Of a DNA stretch of 64,000 bases, positions 31,041 through 41,196 are shown one piece after another. How positions within the stretch are numbered: position 1 is the first letter of the stretch; every line of letters starts with the position of its first letter. The stretch comes from Acidobacteriota bacterium. Lineage in GTDB: Bacteria; Acidobacteriota; UBA890; WLXD01. The notes under the pieces were generated by a model. It did no database searches. It was not told where the DNA came from and worked only from the letters and a program-made list of their open reading frames with translations. Made by a program: the position numbers and the translations under genes. The DNA lies in assembly GCA_965248695.1 (NCBI GenBank), contig CBDFKD010000002.1:1344001-1408000 (forward strand), given 5' to 3'.

Positions 31041-31857
31041 TCACAGCCGTCGCAAGCAGCGAAAAGCGAACCGCGATAGCCGGCGTTCAGCGGCAAGCTT
31101 CGACGCCATGGTGAGAAACGCCTGCTGACCCTCGAACGTAGCGTCGCCCTCGATGCGCCGCAGGTCAGCCTCGTGCGCGGCGCGGGCCGTACGCCGCCCG
31201 GCCGCGGTGCTCGCCATGTTCTCGGTGCGATCCTCGACGCGATCGATCTCGAACCCGGCCTCGGCAAGAAGGTCGGCGTCGAGCCCTGGGGGCGCGAAGA
31301 ACAGGCTGCCGATCGAAGCGCGCACGTGCATCTCCTCGTCGCTGACCACTCCGGTCACGGTCACCGGGTCGGTAAAGACCAGGCGTCCACCCGGTCGAAG
31401 GACGCGCGCCCAGTCGCCGAACACTCGTCTCCGGTCGGGGAAATGGGTCAACGCATCGATGCAGATCAGCCCGTCGAGCTCCGCGTCATCGTATGGCAAT
31501 CGCTGGCCGGCATCGTGGACCTCGAACCGGGCGCGCTCCCCCAGGCCGGCCATCTCGGCCTGCTGATTTGCCGTCTGCACGGCGCCGGGTTCCACGTCGA
31601 TTCCATCAACGCGACAGCCGGTCAGGCTGGCGATGCGCAGGGTCGGCCCACCGGACCCGCAGGCGACATCGAGCACGCGAGCAGTTCTCGTCGACCGCCA
31701 GCCAGGCGATGAACCGATCGTGCTCGGTGGCGGTCAGCCAACTGTGCTGGCCGATGTCCTCGCCAAACGCCTCGGCGCGGATCGTGGCGTAGAGATCAGA
31801 GGCGAACTCGGCGTACCCGGCACCGTAATAGTCGGCGAGGGTAATGCTCCCGGTCAT
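31041..31857 (-). pseudogene. Class I SAM-dependent methyltransferase, frameshifted near 31680
   Basis: The N-terminal part (..GEDIGQHSW..) and the SAM motif VLDVACGSGG are in different frames; one extra base joins them. Confidence 0.8.
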
Positions 31858-31882
31858 GCGTACGGCAACACCTGCACGAGCA

Positions 31883-33508
31883 TTAGTCACGGACCCCGAA
31901 CGCGAAGACCGTGTTGCCTGCGGACATGACGACCCGCTGCTTGCCGTCAACCTCGAAGCCCATCGGGTTGGAGCGCGCCGGCGCGCCCGCCTGGAAGTCC
32001 CAGAGCGACTCTTCGGTGCTGGCATCGAGGGCGTAGAAGTTGCCCTCGTTGGAGCCCCCGAACACCAGCCCGCCGGCGGTGGCCATTACCCCGGCCCAGG
32101 GGGGCGTCAACAGCGGGAACTCCCAGCGCAGCTCGCCGTCGCGCACGTCGAGAGCCCTGACGAAGCCGGCGGCGTCATCGCCGCTGAGCGCCTGCTCACC
32201 GCCGCCCATGAACGGCATGCCGGGCTCGTATTCCGCCTCACCCTTGAAGTAGACGGAGCCCATGTGACGCACTGCCACGTAGAAGAGCTCCGTGAGCGGG
32301 CTGTAGCTGGGGCTGAACCAGTTGGTGGCACCCTGAAGGCTGGGCCAAACCAGCGTCCCTTCCTCGGTGGGCTCGGTGTCGGGGATTACGATCGGACGTC
32401 CGGCCTCGTCGAGACCTTCGGCCCAGGTCTGCTTGGAGTACGCGCTGCCGTGCAGGAACTCTCCGGTCTCGCGATCGAGCACGTAGTAGAAGGCGTTGCG
32501 GTTGGCCATCGCCACCAGCTTCCGCACCTCCCCGCCCCACTCCAGATCCATCAGCACCGGAATCTCGTTGGAGTCCCAGTCGTGCGTGTCGTGGGGAGTG
32601 AACTGGAAGTGCCAGCGGATCTCGCCGGTGTCGGCATCGAGCGCCAGCAGCGAGCAAGTGTAGAGGTTGTCGCCGGGGCGATCGTCGCCGTTCCAGTCGG
32701 GAGCCGGGTTGCCGATTCCCCAGTACAGTAGGTTGAGCTCGGGGTCGTAGGAGCCGGTCAGCCAGGTCGAGCCGCCGCCGGTCTTCCAACTGTCGCCGCC
32801 CCAGGTCTCGCTGCCCGGCTCGCCCGCCGCCGGCACCGTGTGGGTGCGCCACAGCAACGAGCCGTCTTCGGTGGAATAGGCATCGATGAAGCCGCGAATG
32901 CCGGCCTCAGCGCCGCTCACGCCGATGATCACCTTCCCGTCGATAGCCAGCGGCGCCGCGGTGACCGAGAAGCCGAGATCGTTGTCGGCAACTACCGAGC
33001 TCCAGCGCTCGACTCCGGAGGCAGCGTCGAGGGCCACGGTGCGCCCATCGAGCGTGCCTACGAAGACGGTCTCGTCGAGGATCCCCACCCCACGATTCAC
33101 CGCCGGGAAGCCGATGTGCTTCACCTCGGCGGGGATGTTAGGCCGCCAGCGCCAGATGCGACGGCCGGTGCGCACGTCGAGCGCCGTGACCGTGCTCGGC
33201 GGCTCGGTCAGGTACATGACGTCGTCGACCACCAGCGGCGTCGCTTCCACCAGCCCCGGATCGGTCTGATAGGCCCAGATGGACTTCAGCTCGCCGACGT
33301 TCGCCGGCGTGATCTCGGTCGACGGCGAGAAGCGCTAGGTGCCCGAGTAGGTGAGCCAGTTGTGCGACTCCTCGGCGGCACGCTTCAACCGGTCGAAGGA
33401 CACCTCCTGCGCCGCCGACGGTGCGACCGTCAACAGCTGCGCCGCCGCTACGAGCAGGGCAGCTCCTCTGAAGTGGACCGCCGAGCTTCTAGAAACGCAC
33501 CACATCAT
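31883..33508 (-). pseudogene. PQQ-dependent dehydrogenase with in-frame TAG at 33335-33337
   Basis: Signal peptide from ATG 33508, NWLTYSGT*RFSP, then EATPLVVD, VNRG, GNPAP and HDTHDWD motifs in the same frame. Confidence 0.85.
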
Positions 33509-34341
33509 CGCGAACCTCGCAGCGTGGAGAGATAGGCAACAAGATCGTCGATCTCCGCCTCCGAGAGCTGGTCGCGGTAACTCTGCATGAGGCTCTCGTC
33601 GAAGTGCTTCTCGAGGCTCCGAAGGCCGGGCTTGTAGAACGAGTGCAGCTGGCCTCCAATATCGCGCACCTGGAGGCTGTAGGAGTCCTCGTTAATCCGC
33701 ATGCCGACCACTTCGCGGCCATCGCCGTCGACCACGCGAACGACCAGATAGTCGACGAAATCGGCGCCGATCTCGGTGAGCCCGCGAGGCAACGTCGCCT
33801 CCGGATCGAGGATGGCCTGGCGTATGTAGGGCACCCCACGGCGAGCGCCGACGGTACTGAGATCAGGGCCCCGGTTGGTACCGAACCCACCCACAGTGTG
33901 GCAGCTGCCACAGCCGCCAGTCCCCTCGAAGATTTCCCGGCCCCTGGCGGAATCGCCGCGCAAGTCGTCGGCCGCCGCAACCGTCGGTGCTAACGATCGG
34001 ACGTAGGCCGCCAGGGCGGCGCAATCCGCCGCGCTCAGCCACCAGGTCGACCCCATGGCGGTGCCAGGGATTCCGCCGATGATCATTGCGATCAATGCCT
34101 CGTCGTCCGGTGCCCGTGGCAGCTCGTGCCGTGCAAGGCTCGGTCCCTCCCCGCCGCCTCCGGTCATCCCGTGGCAGCGGGCGCAGTAGGCGCCGTAGAG
34201 CGGCCGGCCCTTCGACTCGGCGGCGGGCGACTCCGACGCCTGGGTCTCCTGTAGCTGAGCCTCCTGCGGCTGGGTTTCTTGTGCCAGCGCCGATGCGGCC
34301 ACCAAGCACAATGCAATCAGCACGGGAACACGTCGCTGCAT
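33505..34341 (-). CDS. Diheme cytochrome c, partner of the PQQ dehydrogenase
   Basis: Signal peptide; CARCH..GIPGTAM and CGSCH..GPDLS..SLM; ATGA overlap with the dehydrogenase. Confidence 0.88.
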   Translation of the reverse strand: MQRRVPVLIALCLVAASALAQETQPQEAQLQETQASESPAAESKGRPLYGAYCARCHGMTGGGGEGPSLARHELPRAPDDEALIAMIIGGIPGTAMGSTWWLSAADCAALAAYVRSLAPTVAAADDLRGDSARGREIFEGTGGCGSCHTVGGFGTNRGPDLSTVGARRGVPYIRQAILDPEATLPRGLTEIGADFVDYLVVRVVDGDGREVVGMRINEDSYSLQVRDIGGQLHSFYKPGLRSLEKHFDESLMQSYRDQLSEAEIDDLVAYLSTLRGSR

Positions 34342-34402
34342 GGTCGATCCTACGGTCGCTTGTGGGCTAGTGGAGAACGGCCATGACCTTAGCTCACGCC
34401 CG

Positions 34403-34885
34403 TCAGCCGATCGAGCTTGGCCGCAGAGTCGCCTCCGGCGATGGAAACGGAGCCTTGAAAGTGAACGCGGCACCGGTCGGGCCTTGCTCGCAAAGGCGGT
34501 CGAGCGCTTCGCGCGCCTCGACGGCGGCCGGAATGTGCCCGGCGGGAACCCACCACAGAACGCTTGTGGGGCCCTCCATCTCCTCGAACCACTCTTGGCG
34601 CCGGCGGAGTGGCTCGGTATGGCCACTGCGGTAGACGTACTCGCGCAACGACTCCATCGACGTCCATACCGACATGTTGATGATCAGTCGCTCATCCTCG
34701 AAAGCGCGCACCGCCGTGGCGTTGCCTTCCTCGCCCTGCAGCCGCCAAACGAAGCCGGGGGCCTGATCCGCGATGGCATTGATCGGTTCCAGCCGGTCGA
34801 CGAAGCCCTGCATGAGCCGGTCTTCCAGGGGCGCCCGCATGCGCGCGACGTTCACTTGCGCCAGGTGATATCGAGGCTCCGACAT
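34403..34885 (-). CDS. DUF3291 domain protein
   Basis: HLAQVNVAR, PGFVWRLQ, NMSVW, VLWWVPAGH and GPT..AFTF motifs. Confidence 0.88.
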   Translation of the reverse strand: MSEPRYHLAQVNVARMRAPLEDRLMQGFVDRLEPINAIADQAPGFVWRLQGEEGNATAVRAFEDERLIINMSVWTSMESLREYVYRSGHTEPLRRRQEWFEEMEGPTSVLWWVPAGHIPAAVEAREALDRLCEQGPTGAAFTFKAPFPSPEATLRPSSIG

Positions 34886-35039
34886 GGCGACATGTTCCAC
34901 GCGTCGGGGTTGCGCGACAAGTCCATGGCAGCGACACAGGGGCACGGACGGCTGTCGAAGTTGCGGTCAGCGGCGGCCATCCGCGGCCGGCAACGCCAAC
35001 GCACTTGCGCGCGCGCCTACACATCGAGAGCATCATCAC

Positions 35040-35675
35040 ATGAGCCGTCGCCGACCCTGTCTGTTGCCAATCATGGCAGCCATCTTCTTGGTTGCCAGCC
35101 CGAAGGCCAGCGCTGACACCATCCATCTGAAGAACGGTCGCGTGATCCACACTGCGCTCGCACGTGTCGCGGGCGGAGAAGTGATCTTCACGCAGTACGG
35201 TGGGCGGCAGACCATCCCGCTCGCCATCGTCGAGCGCGTCGTCAGCGACCAGCGCGTCGGCCCAGCGCCGATCGCGCGCTCCGGGCCGATTGAAGAACGC
35301 CTCCGACGCGGGCCAACGAACCCTTCGGTCGAGGCTCCAGCGACGGCGGCCTCCCACCCGCTGCCGGACGGGATCGCCGGCCTGATCGCGCCTCAGTCGA
35401 TCAGTGCTCTCTCCGGGCTGCTTGGCGTCGACAGCGGTGCCGTCTCCGGGTTACTCGGCAGCATTGGCACCGAGATCGAGGGCCTCGATCGCCTGCTCCC
35501 GGTGCTACCGCGGCTGATCGCGGCATTCCAGCGGCCGCTCGAGTCGAACAACGGGGAGCCTGCGATGCTCGACGAGCTACTTGGCGCACTCTCGCAGCTC
35601 GGTGTAACTCGGGCCGACATCGCCGCCCGGGCACGGGAGTACGGCCTGCCGGAAGAGTGGCTCGAGCGTTTCTGA
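35040..35675 (+). CDS. Exported hypothetical protein
   Basis: Signal peptide followed by the ADTIHLKNGRVI small beta-domain motif. Confidence 0.6.
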   Translation: MSRRRPCLLPIMAAIFLVASPKASADTIHLKNGRVIHTALARVAGGEVIFTQYGGRQTIPLAIVERVVSDQRVGPAPIARSGPIEERLRRGPTNPSVEAPATAASHPLPDGIAGLIAPQSISALSGLLGVDSGAVSGLLGSIGTEIEGLDRLLPVLPRLIAAFQRPLESNNGEPAMLDELLGALSQLGVTRADIAARAREYGLPEEWLERF

Positions 35676-35742
35676 CCACACAGGATCGGTCGCTGCGAGC
35701 ATGAGCTCCTCCAGGGTTGCTAGTGCTGCGCCCCACACGCCA

Positions 35743-36324
35743 CTACTTAACTAGCTCGCGCTCCCAGGCGGCACCAATGTGCCGCAAGATCGCCGGATAG
35801 ATCAGGCGCCGGCGGAAGGGGTCGATGAGGCGCATGTACCATCGCGTGATTCCGCCGACCGGAAGCACGTAGATCGCCCAGTAGAGTCGGTATCCCTGAT
35901 CCCGCTCCACCAGCGCGAAGACGGAGAATGCGTGCACCGTAGCGTTACGGATCTCCCCGACGCTCTCGCTCGGTAGGGCGTAGAGTACTCGGCCAGGCCC
36001 CTCCGGAGTGCCGGGCTCGATCAGCGACGCCCGTCGGTCAGCCGCGGTCAGCCGCCGAAGATACGTCGACTCGGCCGGGTCGCTGATGCCGCGGTCCCAC
36101 CGGAACAGGCGGCCGAGCTGTCGCCGCAACCAGAAGAAGAAGCCGACCACGGGACTGGCGCCGGAGAGCTGCCGCATCGACACGGCGGAACGCAGGTCCT
36201 GCAGCGTGCGACCCGGCCCCCCGCCATGCAGCTCGACACTCCAGACGTCATGCAGCGGGACATCCTCGAGCAGGCTGTGGGCGCGCAGCGGCAGCCGAGC
36301 GTAGTCGGCCGGGTCGGCACGCAT
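35743..36324 (-). CDS. DUF2867-like protein
   Basis: LHDVW, EIRNATVH and YMRLIDPFRR.LIYP motifs. Confidence 0.7.
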   Translation of the reverse strand: MRADPADYARLPLRAHSLLEDVPLHDVWSVELHGGGPGRTLQDLRSAVSMRQLSGASPVVGFFFWLRRQLGRLFRWDRGISDPAESTYLRRLTAADRRASLIEPGTPEGPGRVLYALPSESVGEIRNATVHAFSVFALVERDQGYRLYWAIYVLPVGGITRWYMRLIDPFRRRLIYPAILRHIGAAWERELVK

Positions 36325-36339
36325 GTGATTACGGGCGAC

Positions 36340-36654
36340 TCAGAGGGCGTTGATGGTCCAGGCGATGATCAGCCCGACGGCGGCCACCATGAGGATAACC
36401 GCCACCCGCCGCTGCCGAGCCTGACGCCACTCGCCCTGCGCTTGCCGGTCGAGGTAGTAGCGCTGTTCCGTGGTCGGCAAAAGCACACCCTGACTCACCA
36501 GCCTCCTCACCAGGTGTGATTCGCGGATGCCCAGATCCGCGAACGACATCGCCATATCGGGGCTGGCGGCGCCATGCGACTCGAAGGCGGCGAAGATCTG
36601 CCTGAGCTTCACTGCCACGATCAGCGGAACCATTGGCGCTGCTATGTTGGTCAT
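36340..36654 (-). CDS. Small hypothetical membrane protein
   Basis: wHTH-like core with a C-terminal TM helix; TAGAAT lies 6 nt upstream of the ATG. Confidence 0.65.
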   Translation of the reverse strand: MTNIAAPMVPLIVAVKLRQIFAAFESHGAASPDMAMSFADLGIRESHLVRRLVSQGVLLPTTEQRYYLDRQAQGEWRQARQRRVAVILMVAAVGLIIAWTINAL

Positions 36655-36703
36655 GAGCTCATTCTAGTGTCCGTTTTCCTCGACCGTCCAGCACAGGAAA
36701 TCG

Positions 36704-37312
36704 TCAATAACGGCTGATCAACGTGAACCCCAGGCCCAGCTCCAAGACGCCCTCCTCCACCACGGCATCGGTGGCCCGAAGATCGGCGATTGCGAGCAGG
36801 TCGGTGACCTCCGAGCCGGCCAGCGCATCGTCCAGCATCCGCGCCACGTCCACATCGTAGGAGCTCGGGATCTTGCTCTTCAGAAGCGCCAACGCCGCCA
36901 GGGCGACCACATTGCCGTCCGGCGCCGTCACCTGGATGTTGCGCAGACCAACGGTGCCGCCGTCGGCAACCGGGGACGCGGTGGCCAGCACCTCGAAGTT
37001 GGTGCTCGGGCCACGGCACTCACCAAGCAGGCGTTTCGCCTCGCTCCAATACAGCTTGGCACGGATGCTAATCACCCCGTCGGCCAGTTCCACAGAGTGG
37101 TTCTGCACGATGCCGTAGCCGCAATCGCTCGGCTCCTTGAGGTACCAGCGGCCCTCCTGGTTGAACACCGTGCGCGTCAGCAGCGCTTGAATTGCCGCCT
37201 CGGTCACCTTGAGTCGGCCGGGAACGGCCTGTGGCGAAGCGCCGGCAGTCGCCTGGGAGCCGACGAGCATGAGGACGACGAGGATCAGAGCTCTCGTGCG
37301 CGAGGGGTTCAC
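36704..37312 (-). CDS. Exported hypothetical protein
   Basis: Signal peptide, protein-like composition, two Cys. Confidence 0.6.
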   Translation of the reverse strand: MNPSRTRALILVVLMLVGSQATAGASPQAVPGRLKVTEAAIQALLTRTVFNQEGRWYLKEPSDCGYGIVQNHSVELADGVISIRAKLYWSEAKRLLGECRGPSTNFEVLATASPVADGGTVGLRNIQVTAPDGNVVALAALALLKSKIPSSYDVDVARMLDDALAGSEVTDLLAIADLRATDAVVEEGVLELGLGFTLISRY

Positions 37313-37494
37313 GGGCCTTCATCTCCTGTCGATGAGCGTGGTTGTTCGCAGATCCTAACGCCTTGGCGTCCAGGCTACGCGCCACGACATGGCTTCGAAG
37401 ACCACTACGTGGCGGCGCGATCTTGTAAGCTCTCGCTCGGTGACCGCCACTGCAACCGCGCAGCGACGGGTACACGCCGGAGGTGGGCCCGAGC

Positions 37495-38802
37495 GTGGAT
37501 CTCGTTCTCGTCGCGCTAACAGTCATCCTGGTAGTTCTGAACGGCTTCTTCGTGGCAGCCGAGTTCGCGCTCGTGAAGCTGCGACCGGGTCGACTGGGCG
37601 AGGCCGCGGCGCGCGACAGCCTCCTGGTCAGGACGGCCCTGTGGCTCTTCGACCGCATGGACCGGTCGCTGTCGGCCTGTCAGCTTGGTATCACGATGGC
37701 GTCGCTGGGGCTCGGCTGGGTCGGCGAGCCGGCGATCGCCCGGTTGCTGGAGCCCTGGCTGCACGAGGTCGGCATTACCTCGACAACCGTGCTGCATACC
37801 ACCTCGTTCACGATTGCCTTCAGCGTCATCACGGCCTTGCACCTTGTCATCGGCGAGCAGGCACCGAAGATCTTCGCGATCCGGCGACCGGAGCAGATGG
37901 CCGTGTGGTGCGCACTTCCGCTGAAGGCCTTCTACGTCGTCGCCTATCCGTTCTTGGTCGCCCTCGATTCCGTCACGTCGCTCCTTCTCCGGTGGCTCGG
38001 CGTAGAGGGCGGTGCGGAGCACGACGAGCTACACAGCGAAGAGGAGATCCGTCGGCTGGTGAGCCACGCGCACGCGCATGGTCAGCTCACCAAGGCCGAG
38101 CATCGGCTCATCGACGCGGTGTTCGAATTCGACGAGATCACCTGCCGGCAGGTCATGGTGCCGCGGCGTGAGATCGCCTATGTCGACGTTGAAGATCCCA
38201 TCGGCGAGGTGATCCGCAAGGTGCAGATCACCAAGCATGGGCGCTACCCGGTGTGTCGCGGGTCACTGGACGAGCTAGTCGGGGTGCTCCATACGCGCGA
38301 CCTCCCCGGAATCCCCGCCGACAGCGACATCAGGGTGGAATCGCTGATGCGACCACCGCGCTTCGTGCCCGATACTCTGCGGATCGCACGGCTGCTGCGA
38401 GTATTCCAGGCAACCCGGCAGCACATGGCGTTCGTGCTCGACGAGTTCGGCACGGTCTCCGGTCTGGTCACTCTAGAGAACGTGCTGGAGCAAATCGTCG
38501 GCCCGGTGCAAGACGAATTCGATCAAGAGGAGCCCGACGTCGTGCCCGACGGACCCGGTCGGTTCCTGGTGCAGGGTGGGACGCTATTGCAGGTGGTAAA
38601 TCGATGGACCGGGCTGCAGTTGCGCTCGGCGTCCGCCGATACGCTAGCCGGGCTGCTGCGGGAGAAACTGCTTCGCGTCGTCGACGGTGGCGACATGGTC
38701 GATTTCGAAGGCGCCACGGCGGAGGTGATCGAGGTACAGAAAGGCCGCGCCCGCGTGGTGCGCTTGAGCCTTTCGCCTGACTCTGAGGCGGACGCCGAGT
38801 AG
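37495..38802 (+). CDS. Hemolysin-like CNNM/CBS/CorC domain protein (TlyC family)
   Basis: NGFFVAAEFALV, CQLGIT, GEQAPK, VMVPR and DEFG...GLVTLE motifs. Confidence 0.92.
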   Translation: MDLVLVALTVILVVLNGFFVAAEFALVKLRPGRLGEAAARDSLLVRTALWLFDRMDRSLSACQLGITMASLGLGWVGEPAIARLLEPWLHEVGITSTTVLHTTSFTIAFSVITALHLVIGEQAPKIFAIRRPEQMAVWCALPLKAFYVVAYPFLVALDSVTSLLLRWLGVEGGAEHDELHSEEEIRRLVSHAHAHGQLTKAEHRLIDAVFEFDEITCRQVMVPRREIAYVDVEDPIGEVIRKVQITKHGRYPVCRGSLDELVGVLHTRDLPGIPADSDIRVESLMRPPRFVPDTLRIARLLRVFQATRQHMAFVLDEFGTVSGLVTLENVLEQIVGPVQDEFDQEEPDVVPDGPGRFLVQGGTLLQVVNRWTGLQLRSASADTLAGLLREKLLRVVDGGDMVDFEGATAEVIEVQKGRARVVRLSLSPDSEADAE

Positions 38803-38821
38803 CTGCGACGGCGACCCGAGC

Positions 38822-39373
38822 TCAGGTTGAAGGCTCTCCGTAGCGCAGGTGCAGGGTCGTAACGCCGCCATCGGCACCTCGGATCACGACGTAGAGCCGA
38901 TCGAACTCCGTGGCGTCGTCGATCGGCTCTCCCGGATCACCGCCCAGCAGCTCGACGAGCTGCGGTGTCGTGTTGCTGTGGCCGACGACAACAGTGCGTC
39001 CCGCCCGGCGGCCGAGATCTGCCGCAAGCTCGGAGAGGGCGCGCGGATCGTAGATCTCCACCTCCAGGCCGAGGCGCGCGGCGAGAGGCTCGGATGTCTC
39101 GCGGGTGCGGTGATAGTCGGAGCTCAGGACGGCGGTGATGGGGTCGGCCGCAAGCAGATCCGCAAGCTGGGCGGCGCGCGCGGTACCCGCGACGCTGAGG
39201 TGCGGATCAGGCTCGGGTTCCGCGGCGTCGGCACGCTCGGCGTGACGTAGCACATAGACGACAGAATCCGACCCGGTCGTTTGCGGCGCTGCGATCCAAC
39301 CCGCGCCCATCAACAGCACCAGCGACACAGCGGGGAGCAACCTCCCGATTCGGCTTGCTTGTCGATCAAACAT
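38822..39373 (-). CDS. Exported histidine phosphatase (SixA/phosphoglycerate mutase family)
   Basis: LRHAE, G.ARA, RTRET and VVGHSNT motifs after a signal-like segment. Confidence 0.85.
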   Translation of the reverse strand: MFDRQASRIGRLLPAVSLVLLMGAGWIAAPQTTGSDSVVYVLRHAERADAAEPEPDPHLSVAGTARAAQLADLLAADPITAVLSSDYHRTRETSEPLAARLGLEVEIYDPRALSELAADLGRRAGRTVVVGHSNTTPQLVELLGGDPGEPIDDATEFDRLYVVIRGADGGVTTLHLRYGEPST

Positions 39374-39422
39374 CCTATGCACCTTCCGAGGTGTCGGGCG
39401 CCGAGGGGCCGACAACGGCGCG

Positions 39423-40175
39423 TCAGGGTCGCAGAACAGCGTTCTTCAACACCCCGACCCCCTCGATCTCGATCTCCACGACATCGCCGTTGTGCATCGC
39501 GTGCGTGCTTCCCGGCGTCCCAGTGAAAATAACGTCGCCCGGCAGAAGCGTCGCGTAGCTGCTGATAAAGCTGACTATCCCATGGACACCGCAGACAAGG
39601 TCGCTGGTGCTCTGCGCTTGACACACCTCGCCGTTGACGCGCGTCTGCAGATCGAGGTTGTCGTAGTCGAGGTCGGTGGCGATTACGGGGCCGATGGGGC
39701 CGAAGGTGTCGCAGCCCTTGGCGCGAAACCACTGCAGGTCGTCGCGCTGCCAGTCACGCTCGCTGACGTCGTTGCCCGCAGTGACCCCGAAGACGTACTC
39801 GCCCGCAGCGGCCACCGAGACATTACGAGCACGGCGTCCGATGACAACGACCAGCTCGCCCTCGAAATGTGTATTGGCAGCATCGGCAGGAAGCACGATC
39901 GGATCGCCCGGTCCGACGATCGAGGTGGGCAGCTTGATGAAGATCCCCGGCGGATCCGGCAGCGGGCGGCCATCCAGATGGCTGCGGTAGTTCAAACCCA
40001 CCGCCAGAACCTTCGATGGCTCGCACGGGGCCAGTAGCCGCGCTTCCGATACGGCCACGGTCTTGCCGGTCGATTCGGGCGCCTCAAAGGGGGGCCCGGC
40101 GAGCTCCTCGATCACTTCGTCGCGGAGGACCCCGTAGGCAATCGTGTCACCGTGGCTGAAACGGACGTATCTCAA
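39423..40175 (-). CDS. Fumarylacetoacetate hydrolase family protein (cytoplasmic)
   Basis: GLNY, HFEGEL, NDVSERDWQ, K..DTF and TGTP motifs. Confidence 0.92.
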   Translation of the reverse strand: MRYVRFSHGDTIAYGVLRDEVIEELAGPPFEAPESTGKTVAVSEARLLAPCEPSKVLAVGLNYRSHLDGRPLPDPPGIFIKLPTSIVGPGDPIVLPADAANTHFEGELVVVIGRRARNVSVAAAGEYVFGVTAGNDVSERDWQRDDLQWFRAKGCDTFGPIGPVIATDLDYDNLDLQTRVNGEVCQAQSTSDLVCGVHGIVSFISSYATLLPGDVIFTGTPGSTHAMHNGDVVEIEIEGVGVLKNAVLRP

Positions 40176-40274
40176 GAGCGACCTCCTGGCTGCGCGTCAG
40201 AGTAGCGCATCGAGACGACAGGAAACGCGTGTTCGGAAGGCGCCGCTGACCGCGCGTAGCGGCTCCCGCCGCCG

Positions 40275-41126
40275 TCAACTCCCCTCGCGCGCCACCGTAT
40301 TGCGCAGGACGCCGACGCCGGTGACCTCGACCTCGACCACGTCCCCCGGCTGCATCGCCTGAGTGCTACCCGGCGTGCCCGTGAAGATGAGATCGCCGGG
40401 CAAGAGGGTCACGTACCGGCTAATGTAGCTGACGATCTCGTCGACTCCAAACAGCAGGTCGGTGGAGCTCTCGGATTGGCGCAACTCGCCGTTCACTCGC
40501 GTTTGCACCAGCAGGTCGTTGTAGTCGAGCCCGGTGACGATCGCTGGACCCACGGGCCCGAAACCATCGGCGGCCTTGGCGCGGAACCATTGCAGATCGT
40601 CGCGCTGCCAGTCGCGCTCGCTGACGTCGTTACCAGCAGTCACCCCGAAGATGAACTCCCGTGCCTGTTCCGGGGCCACGTTGCGGGCTTCCTTGCCGAT
40701 CACCACGACCAGCTCGCCCTCGTAGTGCACGTTGTTGGCGTCGGCGGGGATCACGATCGCCGCATCCGGCCCGATGATCGAGGTCGGCAGTTTGGCAAAC
40801 AACCCTGGGTACTCGGATGGTGCCGCACCGCCCAGATGGCTGAGGTAGTTCAACCCGACGGCGATCACCTTCGTCGGCTCGCTCGGCGCCAGCAACGTGA
40901 CGTCGGCAAGCGGGACGTCGACTCCGGTCGGCCGCGGAGAATCGTAGGGCGCACCGTCGAGCTGCTGGATCAGGTCGCCGACAACCACCCCGTAGGCCAC
41001 AGTGCCCTGGTGGCTGTAGCGAACGAATCGCTGCGATTCTCCCTGCGCCAGCGCACCCCGAGTAGACGACAACGCCAACATGCCGGCGGCAATCGCCAGG
41101 CCGACCAAGAGTCTCCTTCCGTTCAT
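40275..41126 (-). CDS. Fumarylacetoacetate hydrolase family protein with signal peptide
   Basis: Same FAH motifs, preceded by MNGRRLLVGLAIAAGMLAL...ALA. Confidence 0.9.
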   Translation of the reverse strand: MNGRRLLVGLAIAAGMLALSSTRGALAQGESQRFVRYSHQGTVAYGVVVGDLIQQLDGAPYDSPRPTGVDVPLADVTLLAPSEPTKVIAVGLNYLSHLGGAAPSEYPGLFAKLPTSIIGPDAAIVIPADANNVHYEGELVVVIGKEARNVAPEQAREFIFGVTAGNDVSERDWQRDDLQWFRAKAADGFGPVGPAIVTGLDYNDLLVQTRVNGELRQSESSTDLLFGVDEIVSYISRYVTLLPGDLIFTGTPGSTQAMQPGDVVEVEVTGVGVLRNTVAREGS

Positions 41127-41196
41127 CAGCTCTCCCTCCACCAAAGCAACTCCACACGACCGCCGCGATCCGCAGGCTGGAAGACCGCGATGCCGG

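Noticed and set aside
33335-33337. Pyrrolysine or other recoding of the in-frame TAG
   Set aside because: The motif is also about three residues short, so a deletion explains the stop; other genes in the window use TAG as a normal stop.
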